A stretch of DNA of 64,000 bases from Paragordius varius (lineage: Eukaryota; Animalia; Nematomorpha). This document shows positions 23,396 to 36,200 of the stretch, piece after piece (the first letter of the stretch is position 1; the number at the start of each line of letters is the position of its first letter). Under the pieces are notes generated by a model that did not search any database, had not been told where the DNA came from, and saw only the letters and a list, made by a program, of their open reading frames with translations. The DNA lies in NCBI GenBank assembly GCA_964247055.1, contig OZ176050.1, positions 10,974,001-11,038,000 of the forward strand, written 5' to 3'. The position numbers and the translations under genes are program-made.

Positions 23396-26300
23396 CCCGA
23401 TTTAGAACACAATTATATTTTCGAATAAACTTTAACATATTTCGGTTTTAGGCCTTTGAGCAAAAAAAATTATTCAATTATATACAGTGCACTATTGCTA
23501 TTTTTCGGTAAGGAGCAATTATCAAAAAGTTGAATTAACTTTTTTATGACTCATAATGCCCAAACCAAAAGCACCATAAGAAACTTCAATCAGAATATAT
23601 AAATATATTTTATAATCCCCATTCGCACATTGGGTTTACAGAACAAATTTTAACTAAACCAAATAAAACCATAGTGGTTTGGTTAAAATTTCCACTTATA
23701 CATTTCGCAAAACCATCAGTTACAATGTTATTTGGAAAACGAATATAGATTTAGATTCTATTTAATATGCATAATTTCGAAAGTATTAAAAGCATGAGAT
23801 GCTAGTGATTCTGTTACAAAAATTAATCAATAACTTTTAATACTTTGTTTAAAAAATCCATCATGATTGATTTGGAATAATCTATCATCATGTTTCACAT
23901 TGTAATAATTTTAATATGGTCTCCTAGGTTTGGAAAAAAATGTTTCACTTAAAATGGACAGCCTAAATAAAATTTTAAATTCAATGCATAAATAAATGAA
24001 GCACCTAATATTATAATAATAAGAAATGATACAATAAATCAAAACTAATTTTTTTAAATTTCCGATTTTGGCAATTTATGCTTGGGTTTAGGCAGTCGCT
24101 TACCCATCATGTAGATGGTAAATATCACTATGGCGTCGCCTTGTCCAAAAAAATTAAAATGTGTTTAATAATTTAAAAACAAATCTAATTATAGACGCAT
24201 GGCGATCTCACAACAAAAAAATTTTCCTCCTAGCCTTGAGGCTTAAACAACAATTTAAATTTAGAGATGTAATGCTGGATTTAAATATCAAATTATTAAA
24301 TTATTTAAATAAAATAGAACGATAAATATATAGGTATATTCACCATTTCTCAATGTTATTATATTGTAAAAATTTTAAAAATCGGTTGCATAATGTTAAA
24401 ACACAAATATTTTCATTTGTTAAATATTAATCATATTGCTTAAAAAGTGGCAATGTATTTTTGATTTCCAACTAACAATTGTATATATTACAGAATTATC
24501 TCAAACTAAAAAAATTATTAGAAAATTCGGTCATATCAGGCATCGGCCACGCTGGTTTACTCAATAAATCTTGCCATAGCATTGTTATATTTTGGATTTT
24601 TACTAAATATATTTGGTTGGATCTTTTAAATGTTGAGATAAATCCACAAAATATGGAAATCTCAATTCTTACATGGCACTATTTTTTATTGTTCGGATAT
24701 TTAGATTATTGTGAACTTTTTTATATTAAATATTAAATAATATTTTTTTGACTCTCTATTTTTTGTAAGCACAATCACTGTGTAATCGTGATCAATGAGG
24801 ACGGGTTATTCCAACTCATGTCTAAGGAAACAGTATCCTGCCATATTAAAATTAATTTCTTAAAAAGTTGTGTTTGGACTTTGGTTAAAAAAGGAAAGCG
24901 CATTTTAAGTGCCTGTAACCATTTCTTTATATACGAAACGTTAATTTTACAAAAGTACCTTAAATGATTAAAAATTCTATGCGTGTATGAAAATATTTCC
25001 AAATTTTTTGGCAGAGGTGCTTTTACTTATTATTATTATGTTAATAATATCCATAATAATATTGCATAAATATTGAAAAATACTATATTTATTTATATAA
25101 AAGGAAAGGATATATTTGGCCAAAGAAACTAGATAGCCAACCGCTATTTTTATTTATCCTCTTATGTTAAAATTATTGTTTTTTTAATTAGAAAATAAAC
25201 CTAATGTCTCATTCGGAAATATTTTATTATTGCAAAATTATTGTTTCGGTCAACTATTACAATAAATAACTGGTTAATTAAAATATGTGTAATAACAATA
25301 ATAATAATAATAATAATAATTAAAAGTTGTAATTATAAAAGTTGATGACATTAAAAGATAAACATGAAAATACATTTTACCGAATTGCAGAAAACCATAT
25401 TTCAATGTCATTTAATATCTAACTAAAAAATAAATATCCCTGTATATAACAGAGGAAATGAACCACATATATTTTTAAACAATCCAGTTATATATTGTTA
25501 AATTTAATTTGAGACAAAAAGGAGAATATTCTACAGGTCTAAAAGTAAAATTTAAACCAATTATAATGATAATCCATTCAAATAGAATGATAGAAACAAT
25601 TATGTCATCGCAATACTGACCAGGTCGTTTATTATAATATTACAAAATGAATCATAAAAATGGCAATACACCATGAGATGCTGTAATAATTAGATTGCGT
25701 GCATTTCATATCTAAGGAATATCTTTAGACTGATGATACACAAATTTTAGGAATACATAAGATAAAACACATATTTAATCTGGTGGCCTGTGTGAATGCA
25801 ATTCATTCCATTTAACATAAATAGTGAATTAAATGCCGATTTTTATCAAAGCACTGTTTGGATTTTAAAAAATCATTTTATTAGGTTAGAATATAAATAT
25901 TCTTTCAAAATTATCTGGGGAATCACCACGGCTTCAAATCATTGAAATCAAAGAATGAGAGGAGGTTATTTTTGTTTTTTCCAAATGGCATAATAACGGA
26001 TTAGATTTAATATTACCCACTTGCCCCTGTTTAAATTAATTTTTTTCAAAATTTAAATATTATATTAAACCCACTCAAAAAAGGGGTAGTTATTGTTTTA
26101 TATTATACGATATGGATCAAATAAAAACAACATTTTAAATATGTATCATAAAAATGTGAAATTCACAGTTAATACGAAATTATATTGGAAATTAATAATT
26201 TGATCGAAAGATATTATCGGTTTTATATGATGTTAAAAAAGCAGTGATGAGCTTGGTTTTATATTAGTAAATTTTACAAAATACTATATTAATTAGTTTT

Positions 26301-28449
26301 CGATTAAATACTGTTTGAATAGCACCGAGCAGAATTGATATATGAATATTCAAAAAATACGGTATTGTTCTCACCCTAGATTTATAAATTGTAATCAAAT
26401 AGTTAGTTATATTATGTTGTATTAGGTTATGTAACAATAATTTAAATAATCAATAACTTCCAAATCAAAATCGCTAATTAAAAAATATTGAATAAAACTC
26501 ATTTTTATGTAAATAATTCCAATAGTTACTGTCAATATATATATATATATATATGTAGATTAAAATATTTAATTATCTTATTATCATTCATTACCTTTTA
26601 ATTCATGAGCGTAATTTGATGATACAGTTGAAACTTTAAAATTTGTTGAATGTCCATTTAAGGAGTTAGGCATCCCATTTGTAGTGCCGTTTTCCTCTAC
26701 AAAACCCTTGTTTTTATTTTCCATTAATTTATTATTACTATTATTATTGATATGAGAAGTGGGAATCGAGGGTGAAAAAAGCTAATTCTGGGAATATGTT
26801 AATTAATTGGAGAATTTTTCGATTCAAAAAATAATGATGATGGAATGCATGGAAAATGTGCGAAAAAATAAGTGAAACTCAAAAACAAAACTAATTAAAT
26901 TATACCGTAAATTTTAACAATGCGCTTTGTTTTTAGTAATTGCACGAAAAATAGTTATTCAAGAATTTTTTTGCGTTATCAAAGTTTTATTTCTAGAGAG
27001 AGTGAGTGTTTTCAACCATTTTAGCGGAGAGTACACAACTTAACAATAAATGCGACGAAAGTAGCCTTAATTTGAGCCAAAATAAATTTGTTTGATAAAA
27101 TATATATATAGTAAATATATTAAGGACAAACTATATATATATATATATATATATAAAAGCTGCTTTGTCGTATATGCGGATATCATTAAGATGGTTTTTT
27201 TTTGTTTTGCATTAAAATTTTATTTAAATACATTGTTTCTCGATTCTGGCTGGATAGATTAGTTAAAGCAGATACATTAAAAATATTACAAATTTAAAAA
27301 TATTTTTTATAGATTTTGTGTTTTTCAATATTTAATTACTAAATAAAATTATTATATGGATATCAATAATAATTTATAGCATATTTTTTGAGTTAATTTT
27401 CATTATTTATATGTAATTACATAATTAAATATGTCAGCGTTGTGCATTTGCGTACTTACCACATGTTAAATATTTGACAGAACAATGAAACATACAATTG
27501 CAGGGATGAGGTATTGGTCCAAAAATATACGAAAATTAAATATCTAAATTATTCAAATGCAAAATTATAGGCAAATATATGTATAAAATATATATATTAT
27601 TTATGAGGACTCTGTGCATGAAAACGAATTAATTAAATGTATTTACACGTACATTTATAAAAAATATATTAATGCCCTCTCAATTATTATGTCATCAGGC
27701 GTTTTTTGATATATAAAGTATTTAGCGAAATACACGTATTTAAAATTTTATGAGTTTAATATATTTTAATCTAATATTTAGAACTAAAAACTTAATACTT
27801 TAAAAGACATGAGAATGATGTTCCTAAAATTCTAATATTCTTTTTCCCTATATGTATATAATCGAACTGTTGACAAAAATGGTTTCTTAATAGGTAAGAA
27901 GGACTTTTCAAAATCAACTTTGTATCACACAATATATATATATATGTATGTATATAAATTTTTGTGTCAAACAAAGAGCATATGGATGATTATTTAGTTT
28001 CGTTCCGAAAAAACAAAATAATTCTAACTAAACTGTAGCTATTTTTCGTAAAAACAAATGCATGCAGGTATTGAAATAATTAAAGTGGTTAGAATTGTAT
28101 TGAGAGATGACATGATAAGCGCAAAGATTCTTGGGAATTTAAGGGACCAAAAGAATCTTTGTTAATGACTGCCTGAGATAAATATTACATTTCAAGTTGT
28201 AATTGTAACCCGACAATATGACTGAAGAAAAGAGGAGAGTATAAAAACTAGGAGCTTATTTTCAAACAAATTCAAAATTATTATGGTAAATTTTTTATTG
28301 CGATACGCGACCAAGAAACGGTTAATGCTTTCCTTTATATGGTTTATGTGCTAACAAATTCGTGTTATTTACTTAAAAATGCAAATCATTCTACTATGGC
28401 ATTCGATAAAGTATTTTTTCCCAAATGTTCATTTATACTTTTTTGATGG

Positions 28450-29776
28450 CAGTGGCGTACCGAGCTTTTGCGGCGCCCGGGGCATAAAGTTTTTATGGCG
28501 CCCCCCCCCCCCTTTTTTTTAAAGCCAATAATACAATTTAGTAAAAGAAATACAAACGTTGTAACCTAATCACCATAGATAAGACATCACAGTCATATAA
28601 ATTTTAAATTTATATATATATATATATCTATATCAGGGCTTCTTAAACTATGGGTCGCGTAGCAAAATTATGGGGTCGCGAGTGATAAAATTAAAATTTC
28701 AAAAAAAAAATTTTAACTTGTAAAATCTATATGTTTATAAAAATGGAAAATACGGCTTTGTATGTTTTCGGAAAACCGGTCATTCATATCCAAATGTCGA
28801 AATTATATAATCATTAATGAATGCCCCGACAATAGCTTTGTCTTTTTTTGAATTAGGCCCCCAGTTCGGGTCCACCCCGTGTAAAAAACGGGTTTTAAAA
28901 AATCGTGTCTTTGAGACAATTATGCTGAAAACGTGTTGGACCATTCGATTTCACATATACTTTTTTTACTTATTTCAATTGCGCCAAACATAGTCGGCTC
29001 GCTTTTTAATTTCGGCCCCCTTTTTACCCGCTCCTCCCGTAAAATGCCATTTTTTTCAAAAAAATTGTCCACAAAAATAATTTTTTGAATCTATTTTTCG
29101 CCCTAGGTATGAGACCGTTTGGCCCAAGTAAACAATATATTAGTATGAATGCACCGTTTTAAAATTTTATGAGATCATAGCTATTAAATAATTTTTCGAA
29201 ATACTTTTTTATAGCGCCCCCTCCCACCCGGTCCGAAGAACTTCCTCGGGCTGCTTAGCAGCCCGAGATTTTCGCTAGTTATATATAAAAAAAATGTTTT
29301 TGTTGCATATATTGAATTGATCTTAAGATAATGGCGAACAATAATTATTTAAAAAATCATTGTAAATCTAGGAGAATTTTACAATACATAAACAGAATTA
29401 TAATGCATTTTATTTAATAAAATATTAATTATATGATTTTATCACTTGGAAAGGAAAAAAGCAACTAAGAGAAAAAATATCTTTTATGTAAATTCTGGCT
29501 TTGAATATTGCAAAATATCAATTATATTATTAAAATCTATCATACTCTTTTTCCACTCTCAACAATGTTAAGTCATTCTGTTTTATGGTACTAATTAGGT
29601 GAATAATATAGAGTATATATTTTAAGGATTATTACCTAATTGCTGAAAAATCTCATTTGAAAGTTCTTATTATTTTTGCATAATTAAAATTTAATTTTAA
29701 AAAATCATTTAAGCGCCCCTAAATAACGGCGCCTGAGGCATGATGCACCTCCTTGCCCCCCCTCGGTACGCCCCTG
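28450..29776. mobile_element. Non-autonomous hAT element with 8-bp TSD, containing nested insertions
   Basis: TIR CAGTGGCGTACCGAG...CTCGGTACGCCCCTG (14/15); perfect TSD TTTGATGG at 28442-28449 and 29777-29784. Confidence 0.88.
28726..29278 (+). mobile_element. Non-autonomous Helitron, copy B (internally deleted)
   Basis: A|TCTATATGTTTATAAAAATGG...CTCGGGCTGC-TTA-GCAGCCCGAG-ATTTTCG-CTAG|T: 5' TC, subterminal hairpin, 3' CTAG, inserted between A and T with no TSD. Confidence 0.85.
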
Positions 29777-32700
29777 TTTGATGGTTCCACTGCTCTAACG
29801 GAAATGGGGAACAAATTCCAAAAATAGTTTCATAATGGTGCATATATATAACCTTAATATATATAAAATGCAACAATAGGTTTTTCATGGTTTTCAACCA
29901 CAAATAACAATACTAGGCAGGGTTATTCACCAAAAATATTGACAGACCGAATAAAATAAATTTTTTTCTCGAGGACAATATATTACCCAGAGATATTGCA
30001 AAGCTTATATGCAGATACTTATAAACTAAATCACTACACCAAGTTTTTTGCGGGTTATAATAATAAGGTATTCTAAATGGACACACTATAATATTAACCT
30101 ATAATTTTTGATAAATCTGGTTACCATAACAGGCCATTTCGACGTCATATCCCTATAACTTTTAACATTTTATACTGTGCCGTCTTGATCTAAGTTAAGA
30201 CAAAACAATAAGGATAACTTCCACACATTTTATATTTCAAAATTTATTTGGCACAAATCGCCAGAACCCAATATACTATCCTTTACCATTTTCATTAAAT
30301 ATTTTTTCTTTGGAATCATTATGATCGATAAATATTCAACGTGGCGCGTACAACCGAAGCAGTGGAGAAAACCCCGGAAACTATAAAATAACAAATCAAA
30401 CGGAATTTTTTAAATACTGAACCATGGATAAATAATAAAATAATTTAAAATTTTGATTCCTTTTCTAAGCTTGAAAAAATAATTTAATTATTTAGGGTCA
30501 TAAAAGCGACCCTCTTAGTATCTATCAGGTCTAGACTAACATAAGATAATAAACTACATGTGAGGAATAGAGTAAAATTCCACCAGGGAGATAAAAAATT
30601 AGCTAAACTTAAATTGGTATTTAAATAATATTCCTTGGATAATGCGAAAAAATCACTGTTATATCTCTAAAGATCATTTCAATTTAATAATTGAATAATT
30701 ATATTAATGGTATCAAGTTTATAAAAAAAAATTCGTTTGCCATCTAAAATAATTCCATTTAATTTTTAAGCTAGCCTCTAACTGCCAATTGTTTATTAAG
30801 TAAAAATATTTGTGCTTGTTATTTAATATAAAGATGGCGTCTTCTCTGATTTAATCATTTAAATAATATTTACCAAGAAAATATATGTGTATATATTTAC
30901 ACATAATGTGACAAATTTAGGGACGAAAATGTATTCTTTCTAATGTTATTATGTTTGGATAGGAAAACTCGACATCTTCCAGAATCCAAAAATTGCGCTG
31001 TCACGTTGCATATAAGGAAAATAATCCTAAAACTGATTTTAAGCAGTCAGCTGTTTTTAAGAATTTTTTTTATAAATTTCATTTACATTTAAATATTGAT
31101 AAAAATTTGCAAATCGATAGATAATGTAAAATACATAAATTTATAATTTTGTTATTTCATAAGCTACTACACTTAATAAATTCCATAATGAAAAAATTTG
31201 ATTATCGAAATTAAATCAAAAACATATTTCGTAAAAAATGGTTATGGGGGTTTATCTGAAAAATATAGCTAGGTAATGTTTTTGTTAAAAAAGCTTTTAC
31301 AAAGTGGGTCCTTATTTTTTTTATAAAAACATTAGACCGTTCGGTGTCTCAGAATAATTAAAATATTTATGTTTTTTAAAATAACATGTCATTATACAAA
31401 TGCTTTTTTCTATTTTCAAATAATATTTACATATAGCTATAATTTTGATATTAAAAGCTTTTTTTAATTGTTTATCCCAGATACCAAATAAGTTAATAAC
31501 ACGTTTTAATAGTGTAAAAAAACTAGGTTTTAGAAGTTTATTCGTAGAAAGCAATGAAAAAGCAACGGCCCTGTTGTTTAAAGGATTATAGAATGCCGTG
31601 AGGGTAGATTTGTCTGGACAGTGGTGGTAAGGATTATGTCTTTCACACCCTTTTCTGGATACTTCTATATTTTATTTGCATCGAAGCTATTGAAAAAAAG
31701 GGTTAAAATTTAAAATCCATTGATTTGCTGTTTTATTTTTGACTTATAATCTGTACCACATTAATTTAAAATGAAAAAATATTTTAATTAATTTTATTTA
31801 GCTAAATGACACTCCCCATCTTACTATAGATAAAATACAGATGCAATGGTGAGCTACCGATTGCATATGGAATGTAATTGTAATAGCGTTATCCTGATTA
31901 ACATTCATTTAAAATCAAAATCAAATAGGGACATTTCAATACAAGTAAGAATGTATAGTTTTTATTATTTAGCTCAGAGATCGCCAATTAACAAAAGTAT
32001 AAGCGGTATCGAATCGAATAAAAAAGTTTTTAAAAATAAAAATAACCATATAATTTTAGTGCTTTTAACATTCAAACATATATTTTCAACAATCAAATTA
32101 TTTTATCTTTGCTGATTTAATTATGTTGGGCCAATTCCCATCTGAAGCGTAGTGAGATAATTCCATTGGTAATTCGGTATAATTCGGTTCAATAGAGAAT
32201 TTCCAGGCATTCATTTAAATCTTATGTTTTATTATTTGTAAAACTTTTATGGTGTTATTTTTAACGATTTAATTATCATGCTCACTCGCTCGCCCCACCC
32301 AAAACCATTTTTACACGAAAATATTTAAAAAGTTATGATTTTTATTCTGCATAACATTAAAAATGTCATTCGTTATCACATGATTTTAGGCACTACTTTT
32401 TTTAAAACTAATAAAATTGCTGCAAAAAAAGTTAAAAAAAAATAGTTAAAAATAATTATATATTTAAAGCTAATTGAGTAAATATGCACCAAGATTTCAT
32501 TATTATTTTCAATAAATAACTTAATGGATTATCAACTCAAAATTGATTTTAACTAGAAATTGACGGACTGAGTTCATTTTATGTTTATTTTAAAATATGA
32601 ATCTAAATTTTATATTGTAATACATTTTAAAAAGCTATTATAATCCTTATGCGATAATATGTATTAAATATTATCAGAAAAAATATAATAATATTACAAA

Positions 32701-33275
32701 AAAAGCACCAAAAAATTATTTGACATAATAACAAGGTCATCCGGATTTTAATTAAATTAAAATTATTGATAATTATATTGTCGGTTGATTTCTTAAAAAG
32801 CATAAAACAAATGATTTATGGTTGATATATAAAAATGAAACACATAAAATCTAAAATTTTTTGTTAGGCACAAAATGCAGTTAAAAACTACTTTTTTTAA
32901 ATTTATATTAAAGAATGGCAAGACATAAATTAATCCAATTAAAAAATCGTAAAACCAAGTATTCATTATCTGTAAAACTTTAACTTTTTGCTATATAATA
33001 CAATTCACATGCTTTAACAAAGCAGCATTACAGTTTGTGTCTTACCATCTTAACTAAGCGAAAATCCCTTACAAAGGATAATAAAATAAAGAGTCAGCTT
33101 ATCTAAGGTATAAAACAGTCAAAACAAATTATTTCATTTGTGTTATAAGCAATTAATATCCATTCAATTTAAATCTTATTTCAATATCCAATTCTATATA
33201 AATCCAAAAGTTAATAATACATTTATTCATTTTCACAAGAAAAAATATTAAGAATTATGTAAACGCTCGTTAGAC

Positions 33276-36200
33276 TTAAGAAGTTTCCATTTTAACCTCT
33301 TCATCAACAATTTCATATTTGACCTTGGTGACACTTTGATTCAAAATGGCAGTGGTTCCCTTAGCAAAAATGTATTTTCCTTCACTAAAAAATGGTATAT
33401 TGTAAAAATAAACCAAAAATTATAATGTAGTGTAATGATAAAAAACACCTAAAATGCATCTTATTATAATGATAATAATAGTAAAAATGAAAATAAAATT
33501 AAATTATTTTTATGTTAATTTAATGTATGTGACTGTTGATGTGGACAGAGAGCTAGACAAAATATATTTAATTTTAGCGTGTAATTTAATTTAAAATAAA
33601 AAAACATTAAGGGACACAAGGTTAAATTTTTTATTTACAATATTATATTACTTTGTTATTTTAATATATCACAAATATTTTAATGTCCCTTCAATAAATA
33701 GTTTATATGTGAATATAAACTATTTGATAAATTCATAAATTGAATGCCATAAAACTTATTTAAAACATTTTCAAGAAGAAAATATGTTTTGCATGAATTA
33801 TTAGTAAGGAGGGAATTGGTTTTTAACAATATATTACTTATAGATATTTATTTAAATTATAATCTCAACTGTCAAATATAATATGTCTTAAATTTTCGTT
33901 TTATAAAATACTAGCGTAAATCTCGTGGGGGGGGGGGGGGGGGACTATTTGAAAAAAGGGAAATAAAATGATCTACATATGTGGATTATTTCGAACCATT
34001 ATTTGATAGCTATGATCTCATAGGAATTTCAAACGAGGCATTCATACTAATATATTGTTTACTTGGGCGAAAAATAGATTCAAAAAATTATTTTTGTGGA
34101 CTTAATTCTTAAAAAAAATTCATTTTACGGGGGAGGGGGTAAAAAGAGATCCTAAAATAAAAAAGCGATCCGACTATGTTCGGCGCAATCGGATATAAGT
34201 AAAAAAATCCAATTTGAAATTGAATGGTCCAACACGTTCTCCGGAAAATTGTCTCAAAGACACAATTTTTGTGGACTTCTGTTTTCAAAAAAAACCATTT
34301 TTCACACGGGGTGGGCCCGAACTGTAAGGCTATTTCAAAAAAGGGCGAAGCTATTGTCGGGGCATTCATTAATGATTATATTTTTTTCAACATATGGATT
34401 TAAATGGTTTTACCGGTTTTCCGGAAACACATCACAAAGCCAGCATTTTCCATTTTTACAAATATATAGATTTATGGCATAAGCAGACATAGAAATATTT
34501 TAGTATTTAAAGGTGTAAAAAATATAATATATATGTGTTTACCGTTTCCCCTTTTCTGAAATAACTTTAAAGGGCCGAATTAATTCAGTCCGGTCTTTTG
34601 TTATAACGCATAAATCAACTTGTGTGCCCGAAAAAAGGTCATTCAAAATACCAGCTGTGATTGCATCACACAATAATTGTTTGCCTTCTTCGATCTGAAA
34701 TAAGAAGAAAACGTGGTATAAATATTTTATATTTCCCTTTTTAGCACAAAAGTTAATTATAAAACTTAGAAAATTACAGCTTTATGGATCGTGGCTGAAA
34801 TAATTTTTAATTCAAAAATAATTTATTTTTATAAAAAATTATTAAAATTATTTTGAATAAATTGTTATACGATATTAAATATATACATACATTCTATATA
34901 ATAAAAATTCTTCAGAAACTATCAACTATTTATGACAAAAAATAAATCCAAATAGCTTATTTAAAAAAATTCAAAATATTTATATATATAGATTCAATTT
35001 TTAATCAATTAATTAAACAGCTTTTAAATATAAAACAAAAATAAATATTAAAACTACACAATAATGTATTTATCATATAAAGAACCAAGATTTAAGTACC
35101 CAAATAAAATTCAATACGACGCTTCTCTCGATACTACAAAGTAAACTAATGTAATAACCTTTACTACTTATAAATAAAAACAGTAATGACTCAATTTATA
35201 TAAAAGTAAATATATTTGAGAGAAAGTTTAAAATTATAAAATATAATTGATTCGAATAATGATTGAATTTAACATATTACAAGAGTAATGTCATAAATTT
35301 ATAATTTATATATAGTTGATTGTGCAATTAAAACAGGGGTAATGACCTAATATATAAAAAAATAATCACTAAAAGAAATTTTCGGTAAAATCGTTTTATT
35401 TTTTTAATAATTTGGTTTGTAAGCAAATAACAATAACACTCGTCAATCAAAACAGATGCAATTGAATAGCCATTTTGTTATATTGTAAAATTATTTAAAT
35501 TAAATATAAGTTACAATTTTATGTATTATAAGATGGAGAACAACTCTAGAAATTTAAAAAAGCCACTATACTATTAGTTGAAAATAAATCAAAAACTGAT
35601 AATTTTTAAAATTACGTTCATATCCGGTCTCCATCGATCTTCTAAAACGGATAAAGCAGCGAATGTACCAGATCCTAAAATTATGAATGGATTACATAAG
35701 GTAAAAAAATACAATACATGTTCATTAATCAAAAATGTGGAGTGCCTAAAATAATATGAAATATAATGTTTAAGGGGAAAATCATGATTTATTTAAATCT
35801 CTACTTGATTTATTTAATTAAAGAAGTGTTTATATGTTTCATATATATTTAAAATTTGATATCACAAAGAGAAAATACTTTTTAAAATTTTCACATGTTC
35901 TCAACATATCAATTTATTTATAAAAGCTGTATAATATATAACCTGAAGCCATAAACGGTAACTTGTCTGTAGATCCATGAGGTGCAACACTATAAAGGTG
36001 AGATCCTGTAATGTCTACTCCCCCAATAATAAAGCCTACACCCAAATGACCGCCGTGTCTAAAATAGCAAATGTACAATTTGATCAAATAATGTCAGATA
36101 CAATGATATTAAATTTGCTGGTATTTTAAAAGGCACAGTTATGACACTGAGGACCTAAACCTTTTTTTGCATATGGTTTCTAAGCAACCTATAAAGCAAT

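Noticed and set aside
28104-28142. Hairpin AAAGATTCTT...AAGAATCTTT as a pre-miRNA
   Set aside because: Stem of only about 10-12 bp and low complexity; no recognisable miRNA family sequence.
31571-31662. Minus-strand GTATCCAG donor with a TCCTTTAAAC branch-like motif as a U12 intron
   Set aside because: The 5' site misses the conserved TT at +7/+8, the putative intron is itself an open, GC-raised frame, and no host gene is established.
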